Shown here piece by piece: positions 25,271-38,894 of a stretch of 64,000 bases of DNA (its first letter is position 1; every line of letters starts with the position of its first letter). Source of the DNA: Mobula hypostoma. Its lineage: Eukaryota. A model generated the notes under the pieces. The model made no database searches. It was not told where the DNA came from and saw only the letters and a program-made list of their open reading frames with translations. The position numbers were made by a program, and so were the translations under genes. The stretch is taken from positions 166,038,001 through 166,102,000 of the forward strand of contig NC_086097.1 in the NCBI RefSeq assembly GCF_963921235.1, given 5' to 3'.

Positions 25271-28200
25271 TTAATATTAATGAACCTTAGTTTGTTATTT
25301 AAGTGTGTTGAATTTATCCTTACCTTCATAAATCATCATGTATTATATATGTACTACTGTGCTTTACATCCTGCTTCAGAGAAACGTTGCCTTGTTTCTA
25401 TATACATTATATGGTTATATATTGTATGCCATGTACACATATGTAGTTAAGTGACAATAAACTTGAGCTGACGACTTGTTAACATGTTCACTGAAACAAA
25501 TGAGACATTGGCCTTTTAACTTAATGACCCCTGAACAAAGTTTTCCACAATCCTATCCCTGTTGCACAACTTCACTCTGACAACCTCATGGCAGCATTGC
25601 TGATGATAATGATGAGGACATCTTGTTAGTTGTAAAGAACTTTGCGGTGTTCCAAGACTATGAAAGACACCACATACTGCAAACGCAAAGCTTTCTTTCT
25701 TCATGTATCCTCACATATAAAGATCTAAATACGCAAGGAAGCCTGTTATAGAGTTATTTTTTCACCTTTAGAAAGTTAGTATGAATTCTTCAGTCTATTC
25801 TCTTTCCAATGTATGAAAGAAATGTAAAGCAGTTCTGACCTGATTTTAAATGTGCACAAGGCCATAGTTAAAGAATTCAGATAAACAAATTAAAGGCCAA
25901 AGAATAGAAGGTAAGAATATTCATTGGGAAGAATTGCAGTGTTCAGGATGTGGTTGAGGCTCTTTGGAGTGAATGATTTGTTGCTTTCTCATAACCATTT
26001 GACTTCAATAATACCTGATATATCAGTATTAGTAGTTGAAGAAAAGGAATTTGCATTTGTATAATGCCATTTCTGATTCTAGAAACACAGAAAACCTACA
26101 GCACAATACGAGCCCTTTGGCCCACAAAGCTGTGCCAAACATGTCCTTACCTTAGAAATTACCTAGGGTTACCCATAGCCCTCTATTTTTCTGAGCTCCA
26201 TGTACCTGTCCAGGAGTCTCTTAAAAGACCCTATCATATCCGCCTCCACCACTATCGATGGCAGCCCATTCTACGCACTCACCACTCTCTGCATAAAAAA
26301 ACTTACCCCTGACATCTCCTCTGTACCTACTTCCAGGCACCTTAAAACTGTGCCCTCTCATGCTAGCCATTTCAGCCCTGGGAAAAAGCCTCTGACTACC
26401 CACACGATCAATGCCTCTCATCATCTTATACACCTCTATCAGGTCACCTCTTGTCTTCTGTTGCTCCAAGGAAAAAAGAACAAGTTCACTCAACCTATTC
26501 TCATAAGGCATACGCCTCAATCCAGACAACATCCTTGTAAGTATCCTCTGCACCCTTTCTATGATTTCCACATCCTTCCTGTAGTGAGGCAACCAGCACT
26601 GAGCACAGTAATCCAAGTGGGGTCTGACCAGGGTCCTATATAGCTGCAAAAATACCTCTCGGCTTCTAAACTCAATCCCATCATTGATGAAGGCCAATGC
26701 ACCGTATGCTTTCTTAACCACAGAGTCAACCTGCGCAGCAGCTTTGAGTGTCCTATGGACTCAGACCCCAAGATCCCTCTGATCCTCCACACTGCCAAGA
26801 GTCTTACCATTAATGCTATATTCTGCCATCATATTTGACCTACCAAAATGAACCACCTTACACTTATCTAGGTTGAACTCCATCTGCCATTTCTCAGCCC
26901 TGTTTTGCATCCTATCAATGTCCTGCTGTAACCTCTGACAGCCCTCCACACTATCCACAACACCCCCAATCTTTGAGTCATCAGCAGACTTACTAACCCA
27001 TCCCTCCACTTCCTCATCCAGGTCAATTATAAAAATCACTGTTTAGGGGTCCCAGAACAGATTCCTGAGGCACACCACTGGTCACCAACTTCCATACAGA
27101 ATATGACCCATCCACAACCACTCTTTGCCTTCTGTAGGCAAGCCAGTTCTGGATCTGCAAAGCAGTGTCTCTTGTATCCCATGCCTCCTTACTTTCTCAA
27201 TAAGCCTTGCATGGGGTACCTTGTCAAGTGCCTTGCTGAAATCCATATACACTAAATCTACTGCTCTACCTTCATCAATGTGTTTAGTCACATCCTCAAA
27301 AAATTTTATCAGGCTCATAAGGCACGATCTGCCTTTGACAAAGCCATGCTAGCTATTCCTAATTATATTATACCTCTCCAAATTTTCATAAATCCTGCCT
27401 CTCAGGATCTTCTCCATCAACTTACCAACCACTGAAGTAAGACTCACTGGTCTGTAATTTCCTGGGCTGTCTCTACTCCCTTTCTTGAATAATGTAACAA
27501 CATTCGCAACCTTCCAATCCTCCGGAACCTCTCCCATCCCCATTGATGATAGAAAGATCATTGCCAGAGGCTCAGCAATCTCCTTCCTCACCTCCCACAG
27601 TAGCCTGCGTACATCTCATCTGGTCCTGGTGATTTATGCAACTGGATGCTTTCCAAAAGCTCCAGCACATCTTCTTCCTTAATATCTACATGCTCAAGCT
27701 TTTCAGTCCACTGTAAGTCATCCCTACAATCGCCAAGATCCTTTTCTGTAGTGAATACTGAAGCAAAGTACTCATTAAGTAGCTTTACCATCTCATCTGG
27801 TTCCATACACACTTTTCCACTGTCACACTTGATTGGTCCTATTCTCTCACATCTTATCCTCTTGCTCTTCACATACTTGTCGAACACCTTGGGGTTTTCC
27901 TTAATCCTGTCTACCAAGGCCTTCTCATGGCCCTTTCTGGCTCTCCTAATTTCTTTCTTAAGCTCCTTTCTGCTAGCCTTATAACCTTCTAGGTCTCTGT
28001 CATTACCTTGTTTTTTGAATCTTTCACAAGCTCTTCATTTCTTCTTGACTAGATTTACAACAGCCTTTGTACACCACGGTTCCTGTACCCTACCATCCTT
28101 TCCTTGTCTCATTGGAACATACCTATGCAGAACACCTCACAAATACCCCCTGAACATTTGGCACATTTCTGCTATACATTTCCCTGAGAACATCTGTTCC

Positions 28201-28868
28201 CATTTTATGCTTCCAAGTTCCTGCCTGATATCCTCATATTTCCCCTTACTCCAATTAAACGCTTTCCTAACTTGTCTGTTCCTATCCCCCTCCAATGCTA
28301 TGGTAAAGGAGGTAGAATTGTGATCACTATCTCCAAAATGCTCTCCCACTGAGAGATCTGACACCTGACCAGGTTCATTTCCCAATACCAGATCAAGTAC
28401 AGCCTCTCCTCTTGCAGGCTTATCTACATATTGTGTCAAGAAACCTTCCTGAACACACCTAACAAACTCCACCCCATCTAAACCCTCACTCTAGGGAGAT
28501 GCCAATTGATATTTGGGAAATTAAAATCTCCCACCACGACAACCCTGTTATTATTACACCTTTCCAGAGTCTATCTCCCTATCTGCTCCTCAATGTCCCT
28601 GTTACTATTGAGTGGTCTATAAAAAAACACCCAGTAGAGTTATTGACCCCTTTCTGTTCCTAACTTCCCTCCACAGAAACGCCGCAGACAATCCTTCCAT
28701 GTCTTCCTCCTTTTCTGCAGCCGTGACACTATCTCTGATCAACAGTGCCATGCCCCCACCTCTTTTACCTCCCTCCCTGTCCTTTCTGAAACATCTAAAG
28801 CCTGGCACTCGAAGTAACCATTCCTGCCCCTGAGCCATCCAAGTCTGTAATGGCCACAACATCATAGC

Positions 28869-30743
28869 CAGGGGTGCAGTGCTAATTTTTTAGGTGCCGG
28901 AGCTGACAAAATGCTTGCCATTTCCTATATCCGCTCTATATATATATGTCACACCCAATTTGTGTACCTGCTCATTTCATGTACTGGGCAACTTCCTTGC
29001 CCCATTCATATAATGAGCAGGTATATAAATTGGGTGTGACATATATATGAATAGGGCTTTTTATAATGTCAAGCACTAAACCAAGATGAAAGAAATATAT
29101 GAATTCCAGAGCTCCACAGAAATATAGTGATAGTTAAGACACTAACAAGATTAAAGCTATTGCTACATTTCGGTGTATAACTGGTACAATAAAACATATA
29201 AAACTTAATTTAATAGTATGACAAAGTATTGCATGGTTACACTCACTAATTATCATAAAATATAATTATCAAGCAAGTAAAGAGGCTTAGAAGTTTGAGA
29301 GCCTTTCAAGGATGTTGCCGTGAACATACGGTGCTGCAAGTTGTTTGTAAGACTAGTAAGAAACTGTAGATAATTAATGAAGACAATTTTGTTGTTGCTT
29401 GTTAAGGTAATTTCTTCAAACTTTTCCAAGAGCATCTTCATTAGCTATATTTTCAACACTTAGAGCAGCAGTGTGAGCTTTTGATAGTTTGTGATCAACA
29501 ATTTTTTTTCTGAGAGACTTCAAGCGTGTACTTCGATTGGCTCCATCATAGGATACTTGGTACATCTGCCATTCATTTGACAGCCTCAAACCCTTAGAAG
29601 TGAAAAGTGTCAGATTGCTTTTGTTTGCACATACTTTACACCTAAGTTTATCATCCTTGAAGTCTAACCAGGGATACGTTTCCTTCTTTTTCATCCATAT
29701 TTCTTCAGTCCAAACATCTGAACAGGGATACAAGCCTGACTTCGAAGGACCATTACTTTCAGATCTGCATTTGGACCCGGTTAGAAAATTTGAACTAGAA
29801 GCAGGTGAAACACAGCTTTTGTCACTTTTACTGTTATCAGTCTCTTGTACGTTATTCTGTTACACTCCTCAGCTTGTTTACGAAAGAAAGAAGTTAACAT
29901 TGTTTGCTTAGAAGCCATAGGGTTGTTAGTGAGAAAAATTTACTTTTGTATTGGCGAGTAATCCATGGACCACCACAGATGTAGCTTTACTAGTACACCT
30001 GAGTCAAAGCAGACAGCAGGGCCCACAGCGCTTGGCAGTGCATAAAAATAACAGAAATAAAGCAAATAAGTTTTTTACACTTTTAGCCACCTAAATTGGA
30101 ACCAAGTAATCAAGTATGAAAATTATGCTTTTTCAGGCATAATTTTGCTATCAACAGGGATATGCTTCTGTGACATGTCCTCTAGCCACACATTTAATGC
30201 TTTCTCATTCTTTGCAAGCACTTTATCACGAACCAGAGAGACCATTTTTGCCATTGTAAGGGTAGCACTAACACTTCAATGAATTTCAGCTTCTTTCTGC
30301 TTTATTGCGCAAATGCTGGATTCGTTCTTACCGACCTTACGGCCCACTTCAGCAAGCGACATGCCACTTTCCAAAAGATCTAAGATTTTTATCTTCTTGG
30401 CAAACAATGCTCGAACAACGAGTGCTGGAGAGAGACTGAGGATCTGTAAAATGGCGGGAGGCTACAGCAGGAACAATGGGTTGAGCGAGGAGGAATTTCA
30501 CAAATACCTAAATAAAAAACAGTCACAGCTCCAGGATTTCACCAAAAATGATCAAATATCCTAATGTTATTAGTGGTATTTTCCCCACCAGCCACCAGCC
30601 CCTCTCCCCAACCTCCGCTTCCGTAAAATTCCCTCTATTTAATATGTGGCCGCTGTTAAATTCCCCGGTTATTTATTTTGACTTTTTTTTTACAAAGGTG
30701 CCAGAGTGGCGCTCCGGTGCGCTCCAGCAGTACTGCACTCCTG
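28869..30743 (-). mobile_element. Non-autonomous hAT DNA transposon
   Basis: 15-bp TIRs caggggtgcagtgct / agtactgcactcctg (13/15 match). 8-bp TSD atcatagc/gtcatagc. Transposase N-terminus KQTMLTSFF..YPWL..CKVC..HKLSKAH (TTF-type zinc finger) at 29416-29910. No catalytic domain seen. Confidence 0.88.
30123..30407 (-). pseudogene. Tigger/pogo (CENP-B-like) transposase DNA-binding fragment inside the hAT element
   Basis: My translation: KKIKILDLLESGMSLAEVGRKVGKNESSICAIKQKEAEIH*..RDKVLAKNEKALNVWLEDMSQKHIPVDSKIMPEKA*. Confidence 0.8.
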
Positions 30744-30881
30744 GTCATAGCTCCAAGTACTGATCCACACTCTAAGCTCATCCGCTTTGTTCATAATAGA
30801 CACATCTCAAACCACCGGTCTGAGCGCGTCCCTTCTCTATCACCTGTCTCTCCTCCCTCTCGCACTGTCACCAAACTTTTT

Positions 30882-31871
30882 CTATTTGTGAGCCAACCGC
30901 CCCTTCCTCCGTCTCTTTAGTTCGGTTCCCACCCCCCAGCAAACCTTGTTTAAACTCTCCCAAGTAGCCTTAGCAAACCTCCCAGCCAGGATATTGGTCC
31001 CCCTGGGATTCAAGTGCAACCCGTCCTTTTTGTACAGGTCACTCCTGCCCCAGAAGAGGTCCCAATTATCCAGAATTCTGAATCCCTGCCCCCTGCTCCA
31101 ATCCCTCAGCCACGCATTTATCCTCCACCTCATTCTATTCCTATACTCACTGTCAGGTGGCACAGGCAGTAATCCCAAGATGGCTACCTTTGTGGTCTTG
31201 TTTCCTAACTTCCTTCCTAACTCCCTGTAGTCTGCTTTCAGGGCCTCCTCCCTTTTCCTGCCTATGTCGTTGGTACCAATATGTACCACAACCTCTGGCT
31301 GTTCTCCTTCCCACTTCAGGATACCGTGTTTACGATCAGAAACATCCGGGACCCTGGCACCTGGGAGACAAACTACCATCCATGTTTCTTTCCTGCGTCC
31401 ACAGAATCACCTGTCTGACCCCCTAACTATAGAGTCCCCTTTCACGGCTGCCATCCTCTTCCTTTCCCTATCCTTCTGAGCCACAGGGCCAGATTCTGTG
31501 ACAGAGTTGCAGCCATTGTTGCTTCCCCCAGGTGGGCCATTCTCCCCAACAGTACTCAAGCAGCAGTACTTATTGTTAAGGCGACAGCCACAGGTGTGCT
31601 CACTCGCATCTGACTCCTACCCTTCCCTCTCCTGACTGTTACCCACTTATCTGTCTCCCGAGGCCCCGGTGTGACTACCTGCCTATAACTCCTCTCTATC
31701 ACCTCCTCACTCTCCCTGACCAGACGAAGGTCATCGAGCTGCATTTCCCTAATGCGGTCCCTAAGGAGCTGCAGCTCAACACACCTGGTGGAGATATGGC
31801 CATCTGGGAGGCTGGGAGTCTTCCAGACTTCCCACATCTGACACCCAGCACAGAACACTGGCCTCACACAT
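30882..31871 (-). pseudogene. CR1 ORF1 (zinc finger/leucine zipper plus SGNH esterase domain), frameshifted
   Basis: ORFs 31556-31867 and 30882-31379 with CLPGA, HIGTNDI and DGLHL motifs. Confidence 0.88.
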
Positions 31872-34059
31872 GTTCCTCCTGTCTGTATTCTACACAGGCA
31901 ACCTACCTCGCCTCAACCCGTTATCGGCGAAGCCCCCTTGAACCAAGGCCTTCTTACACTGTCTCCCTCTACATCGTCGCCTGCTCCTCGGATGCCCGCT
32001 CTATAAAGCTGTCTCCTTTTAAACTCTGGGACGTTCTAGAGTTTAGATTCTAGGAGGTTCCAAAGCACTTCACAGTCAATAAAATTTAGAAATATTATTG
32101 TTGTTGCAAGGTGAATAATGTGACAACTAATCTCTGAAAGGCAAGTTTCCACAAGCAACAATGTAGTATTGATTGAAGGATAAATATAGCTTAAAATTGC
32201 TTCTCCACAATATGATCAGGTTCTTGAAATCACCTGAAAAATCTTAACACTACCTTAGTGTACAGTGTATTTTTTTCTCTCTCTCTCAAGCTACATTTGT
32301 GTCATGTCTGTACCGAACAAGTGTAAGTTATGTATCATTTATGTTCATTTAAATTTGCATTAACTTATGTTTGTAACGTATTGTGTTGCTGCTGCAAAAA
32401 CCTAATTTTCATGGAAGTTATACACCGTGTATGTATGATGCCTATGGCAATAAAATTAAATTCAAGATATTGTATTCACAGTAGTTACAAGGGATTACCT
32501 GAAGGTACTGAGGTGCTCACACTTTCAAAGTCTCACCTGGGAGATGGCACTTCTGACCTTGTAGCATTCTATCTGCAATGCAGTAGTATATCAGCCTAGA
32601 ATTTGTGCTCAGGTTAACGATTAGGACTTCAACTCACTGCTAACCTAGCAAGCTATGTACTTGCTGAGGAATGCCTGATACTTGCCAAACTCAGCCAATA
32701 ATTTCTGACACTTTGTTCGGTACGAAATTCACACAAACCAATAAAAAGTGCATTGCTGAGGTATGCCTTTCAAATGGATCCATGGGGAAGTAATGATTTG
32801 TAGCCTTTTCTTGGTTTATTCCAGATCAGCATGTTATGACCCAGATCTTGACCTTGCAGTGTGCCTACTGGCTGCTTTTAGTTAGTCCTCCTTTTATATC
32901 TTTCACCTTGACTCATTACCCACAAAATTGCCTGTAAGTGTGAAGCTAGGGAAACGTGACATCTACAATATTTTGACCAAGATAAACAACTGTTTTATTG
33001 CCTGAACCAACAACAAGCGAAATAAGCAGCATCAGGACTGAGATGTTAGATGGATTTGTTGTTGGATTTTGCGCAGATGAGCAAACAGACAGAAGACATT
33101 TTGTGAACTGGCTCTCATTTAAATTGAATCCATGAGCTGTGGATGCCTAACAGGAAAACTACCGAGATTTGCCAGTTTTGAGTTGCCATGATATAAGGTT
33201 TTCCAAAGGGTATGTGGACAGGAATAAGTCATGTTATGGAAAAGAGGTAAGAAGGCACCTGTCATGATGAGGTATCATGGAAGTGTGTAGGGAAAGAATG
33301 AAGGATGGAGCAGACCAGATTATAACTGGAAGTGAACTTTCTGATCTAATTGAGAAACTTCAGTTTGTTGGGGGAGGGGAGTCTCTTCTGTGCTTATTAC
33401 CACCTTCACTGGGCTGGAAATGAAAGGGGCATCTCCATCTGATTTTACACTTAAGTTGCAGATGGGGTTTCATACATATTACTAACTTCATTCTGCACCT
33501 TGCAGGGTGCTTCTTTCTGCAAGATACAGACCTCAACCTTCTCCCCGCCCCCACACCCTCACATGTTAAACTCTTTTAAGAAACAATGGTAACTGATGAG
33601 TTTTTTAGACATTATTCTGGGGGGGGGGTGGGTCTACAGTCCTTGTCCCACCAGAAAACAAGTTTTATTTATTAGAATATCATTTTCCAAATACCTGTAA
33701 CTTATACCTTTGTCAGAAACTAAGCATGACAAAAATAATTAGCACAATGTTGGACATTGACTAAGCCCGAGGAGGTGGGGATGGTATGCTATGATGAAAA
33801 TGCTGCATGTCTATTATTATTACACAAGATCACAAGGAAATAGGAACAGGAGACAGTTCCTTGGCTACTCAAACCTGTCCTGCTATTCACTATTATCAAA
33901 TCTGTTCTGCCCACTTTTTAATTCCTCATTTGTGTCAGTTCCCCAATTTCCTAATCTTTCAGAAGTTAGTTTATTTACTTCGTAAATATTTCCATATCCC
34001 TCCAGGGTAGAGCATTCTAAAGATTTAGCATCCTCTGTGAGATGAAATTCCTATGCCAG

Positions 34060-34460
34060 GACGTGAGGCCTTGAGTTAGGGAAAGGTTAAACAGGTTAGG
34101 GCCTCATTCTCTGGAGCATAGGAGACTGAGTAGAGAATTTATAGAGGTATGAGGGGTATAGATAGAGTGAATGAATGCAGGCTTTTCCCCCTCAGGTTGG
34201 CTGAGACTAGACCTAGAGGTGATATGTTTAGGGGAAGTCTTTACTCAGAAGTTGGCTTGATTGTGGAATGAGCTGTCAGTGGGAGTGATGGATGTGGGTT
34301 CAATTGCAACATTTAAGAAAAGCTTGATCGGTGCATGGATGAAAGAGGTATGGAGGGCTATGATCCTGGGACTAGGCAGAAGATCAGGCCAGTGTAGACT
34401 AGATGGGCCAAACAGCCTGTTTACGTGCTTTAGTCCTTTATGACTCTATGACTTTATGAC
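34060..34460 (+). repeat. Old CR1 3' fragment
   Basis: WNELS..V.D.GSIATFKK peptide and (TGACTCTA)-type tail. Confidence 0.65.
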
Positions 34461-35214
34461 CTCAATCTTAAATGACTGGCTCCTTATCTTGCAATTACAT
34501 CCCCTTGTTTGACGCTCTCCCACTAGTGGAAACATTTATTTCATCAAACCCGAGAAATATTATACAACTTCTTTAGCTGTTTGCGACAGGGCAACCTTCT
34601 AATCCCAGGAATTATTTTTGGGCATCTCTTGCATTGGCTCCAGTGCTTGTATATGCTTTCTTAAACTTTGGGCCCAAAACTGTGCTGCAGGTCTGGTCTC
34701 ATGAATGCCCTGTGCACTTGTAACACGACCTCTCTATTTCTAACCTCCAATCCTCTTACAATAAATACCAACTTGCTGTTTGCTTCCGAACTATGCTACA
34801 CTTGCCTTCTAATTTCTTGTGATCTATCCATATAATTGTCATTTCACACTTTCCACACATACCAGGTGCGAGACTGCCTTGAGGAAAAGAGAGGATCCAG
34901 GGAGTCATTTGAAAACTCTTTCATCTGGCGTTAAAGAGTAGCCACTAATTTTCAACCGGCAGCAATGCTCAAACATCCTCTAATTGCTTTCAGGAAGTCT
35001 TGAGGGAAATTAGCCTCCAGCGCATAGGCCCTGCTGATAGTAATTAAACTTTTGGCCTTGAAGTGACACAGCTCCATCTTTGCAGCAGATCATTACCTCA
35101 ACTGCATCATGACTTATCGGAGGAGTGCTGTTATATCTGTACAGTTCATGATTCTGCTTCAGATGGAGTGAAGAACATCTGTATTTTTAATTTTTAATTT
35201 TTATTTAAAGATAC

Positions 35215-35465
35215 AGCACAGCACAGCCCAATGAGCCGGTGGCGCCTGATTACACGCATGTGACCAATTAACGTACTAACCTGTACGCCTTTGGAAAGTG
35301 GAAGGGAACTGGAGCACCAGAGTACCCAGAGAAAACCCATGTGGTCATGGGGAGAACATATAAACTACCTACGGACAGGAAGGAGTTTGTACATGTCGGG
35401 AAATGAAGACGAGCTGCTGGCGCTGTAATTGCATTAGGCTAACTGTTATGCTACCTGTGCTGCCC
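35215..35465 (-). repeat. tRNA-derived V-SINE-like element
   Basis: ggaactggagcacc..gaaaacccatgtggtcatggggagaacatataaact is the reverse complement of the V-SINE core seen at 7530-7600. Confidence 0.6.
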
Positions 35466-36834
35466 TCTGTGGTATCTTACACAATAACCAGTGCTGTTTC
35501 ACAGACAACAAAGTACTTCTGTAATCTCATCAACCAGGCTGTATAGGAAACAGTTAAGCACTTATAAAATCTCAGTTGAACTTTTCCCCTGCAAAGCTGC
35601 ACTTCTTCACTACTTCATCTTAGTTGCAACTTCTTGAGTTTTATATATCAGTATTCTGAAATGGGATCTCAACCTGCTGCATCATAACTCATCAGCAAAT
35701 TTGTAACCCACTGCAACAGTCCTCAGTTTGCTTGTGATCATTTCAACGAAGGAGCGAGTTCAACCGAAAGGAAAAGTTATACGGGAGAATGTTCCTGTTT
35801 TTCCCTGGGCTGGTAGATTTGGAAATACAAAGCCAAATTAAAAATGTTGGGAACTTGAAACAAAACAGAACTGGAGATATTCAACAAGTCAGGCAGTGTC
35901 TGTGGAAGGAAGAAAAGGAGTTTATGTTTCAGATCTGAGACCGATAACCATTATTTATGAAAGGTCTTCCATCTGAACTATTACCTCTCCACAGGTGCTG
36001 ACTGAACTGCTGAGTGTTACCAGAGAAGAGTTGGACTTGGAGATGAAGATGCATATTAGTGAGATTACAGCTTTTGATAGGGCATTGAAGTTTTAAAGGG
36101 ACCTAACTGGTTGTGATTTCTTTTAATTTATTTTTCAGGAACTAGGTATTGCTGGCGAGATGAGCAGTTCTTGCTGACTCATTGATTGCCCTCGAAGAGA
36201 CAGTAGTGAGCCTTTGCCTTGAATAACAGCTTTCCCTCTGTTGGACCCACTCCCTCAATGCTATTGATGCGGGAGTTCCATGATTTAGATGTAGGACTGA
36301 TGAAATATTTCCAAATCAAGTAGTGGTGCACCCATTCACCTTTTGATGTTGTCCTGCTTGGTGGAGAGGTCAAGGGTTTGAGAGGTGCTGTCAGAGTAGC
36401 CTGGGGCTGTAACCTTAGTGCGTTCTGTAGATGGTACACACCACAGCTGCAGTGCAGCACTTTGGAGAGAATAAACATTTACGTCGCCAGATGGAGTGCC
36501 AATCAGACAGGCTGGTTTGTCTTGGACATGACTTGTGTTGTTGCGCTCACCGGGGCAAATTCGGGGCATACCGTCACTTGCATCTTGTAGATTGTGAAAA
36601 GAGTTGGGAGGTGAGTCATGTGCCACAAAGTAGCCTGTCTCTGACCTGTTCTGGCATTTGTCCTGGTATTGATGTGGCTGGTCCATGGAGACTCCCTTCC
36701 CTTGGATGCTGATGGTGGGGGACTCAGTCACGTCACTGAATGTAAAGGGAAAGTGGTTTCAATTCGCTGTTGTCTGTGATGGTAATTTCCAAGCACCTTC
36801 ACAGCACAAATGTCACTTATCATTTATCAGATGC

Positions 36835-37057
36835 TCATACAAAATGCTGGAGGAACTCTACAAGTCGGGTAGTTTCTATGGAAGGGAATAAACAGTCGAT
36901 GCCATGGGCCGAGACCCTGCATCAGGCCTGACTTATCAAGCCTTGGCCCAAAACATTGGCATTTTATTCCATTCCATAGATGCTACCTAGTCTATTTTTC
37001 TCCACCATTTTGTGGGTGTTGCTCAAGATTTTCAGCATCTGCAGGACCTCTTGTGTT
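36835..37057. repeat. Old Penelope pLTR hairpin insertion
   Basis: Left arm catacaaaatgctggaggaact.. (end-truncated) is inverted against a full right arm ..cattttgtgggtgttgctcaagattttcagcatctgcag. Confidence 0.7.
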
Positions 37058-37341
37058 TATGGTTTATCAGCTGTTGCTTGGTTGTTGTCTAGGTCTTGCT
37101 GCATGCAGGCGTGGAAGACTTTATTTGCTGAGAGATTGCCAATGGAACTGAACATTGGGAAGTTCCTCACTTCTAACCTTATGGTGGAAAGAGGGTCATT
37201 GACGACGCAGCTGAAGATTTCAGTCTCCATTTCCTTACAAGAAAGGAATTTATTAGCTTCCATTATCTACTAACAATAGTCACAATTCCAGCTTTCATGA
37301 AGGATATTTTCCACATGCTATGACCAGGATTAGTTAGCTGA

Positions 37342-38894
37342 ACAATCTATGTTCTGTGCCTATTCTGGTATCTGTCCCCCACTTTTCCTTCGCTACATCG
37401 ACGACTGCATTGGTGCTGCTTCCTGCACGCATGCAGAACTCGTTGACTTTATTAACTTTGCCTCCAACTTTCACCCTGCCCTCAAGTTTACCTGGTCCAT
37501 TTCCGACACCTCCCTCCCCTTTCTAGATCTTTCTGTCTCTGTCTCTGGAGACAGCTTATCCACTGATGTCTACTGTAAGCCTACTGACTCTCACAGCTAT
37601 CTGGACTATTCCTCTTCTCACCCTGTCTCTTGCAAAAACTCCATCTCCTTCTCGCAATTCCTCCGTCTCCGCCACATCTGCTGTCAGGATGAGGCTTTTC
37701 ATTCTAGGACGAGGGAGATGTCTTCATTTTTTAAAGAAAGGGGCTTCCCTTCCTCCACTATCAACTCTGCTCTTAAATGCATCTCCCCCATTTCACGTAC
37801 AGCTGCTCTCACTCCATCCTCCCGCCACCCCACTAGGAATAGGGTTCCCCTGGTCCTCACCTACCACCCCACCAGCCTCCGGGTCCAACATATTATTCTC
37901 CGTAACTTCCACAACCTCCAACAGGATCCCACCACTAAGCACATCTTTCCCTACCCCCCTCTCTCAGCATTCTGCAGGGATCGCTCCCTACGCAAATCCC
38001 TTGTCCATTCGTCCCCCCCATCCCTCCCCACTGATCTCCCTCCTGGCACTTATCCGTGTAAGCGGAACAAGTGTTACACATGCCCTTACACTTCCTCCCT
38101 TACCACTATTCAGGGCCCCAAACAGTCCTTCCAGGTGAGGCAACACTTCACCTGTGAGTTGACTGGGGTGATATACTGCTTCCGGTGCTCCCGATGTGGC
38201 CTTTTATATATTGGCGAGACCCGACGCAGACTGGGAGACCGCTTTGCTGAACATCTACGCTCTGTCCGCCAGAGAAAGCAGGATCTCCCAGTGGCCACAC
38301 ATTTTAATTCCACATCCCATTCCCATTCTGACATGTCTATCCATGGCCTCCTCTACTGTAAAGATGAAGCCACACTCAGGTTGGAGGAACAACACCTTAT
38401 ATTCCGTCTGGGTAGCCTCCAACCTGATGGCATGAACATCGACTTCTCTAACTTCCGCTAAGGCCCCACCTCCCCCTCGTACCCCATCTGTTACTTATTT
38501 TTATACACACATTCTTTCTCTCACTCTCCTTTTTCTCTCTCTGTCCCTCTGAATATACCTCTTGCCCATCCTCTGGGTCCCCCCCCCATCCTCCTTGTCT
38601 TTCTTCCCGGACCTCCTGTCCCATGATCCTCTTGTATCCCCTTTTGCCTATCACCTGTCCAGCTCTTGGCTCCATCCCTCCCCCTCCTGTCTTCTCCTAT
38701 CATTTTGGATCTCCCCCTCCCCCTCCAACTTTCAAATCCCTTACTCACTCTTCCTTCAGTTAGTCCTGACGAAGGGTCTTGGCCTGAAACGTCGACTGCA
38801 CCTCTTCCTACAGATGCTGCCTGGCCTGCTGCGTTCACCAGCAACTTTGGTGTGTGTTGCTTGAATTTCCAGCATTTGCAGAATTCCTGTTGTT
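37342..38894 (+). mobile_element. Young 5'-truncated Penelope-like element (Neptune-type): RT C-terminus, GIY-YIG endonuclease, complete pLTR
   Basis: ORF 37349-38461 with RYIDD, LPFLD, Cys linker CKRNKCYTC, and VIYCFRCSRCGLLYIGETRRRLGDRFAEH. 12-bp TSD ttagttagctga (37330-41, 38895-906). Confidence 0.95.
38761..38798 (+). ncRNA. Minimal type I hammerhead ribozyme in pLTR
   Basis: tagtc-CTGACGA-agg(gtcttgg)cct-GAAA-c-GTC^-gactg. Confidence 0.8.

Larger units (their letters stand above)
26083..32045 (-). mobile_element. Near full-length CR1 LINE (ORF1 zinc finger and esterase; ORF2 APE endonuclease and RT), frameshifted, interrupted by a hAT element
   Basis: ORF1: VFCAGCQMWEV, VVHIGTNDI, DGLHLN. 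ORF2: RKDREGGKRGGG, LDLVLGN..SDHN, NYRPVSLTS, YMDFSKALDKVPH, SADDSK, RPHLDYC. Probable TSD gattctag at 26075-82 / 32046-53. Confidence 0.93.

Noticed and set aside
29416..29733. Host zinc-finger gene (ZNF862-like)
   Set aside because: It lies between hAT TIRs with an 8-bp TSD inside a CR1, and is frameshifted and truncated.
30882..31379. Host or bacterial SGNH/GDSL lipase gene
   Set aside because: This is the usual esterase domain of CR1 ORF1, in the expected position and strand.
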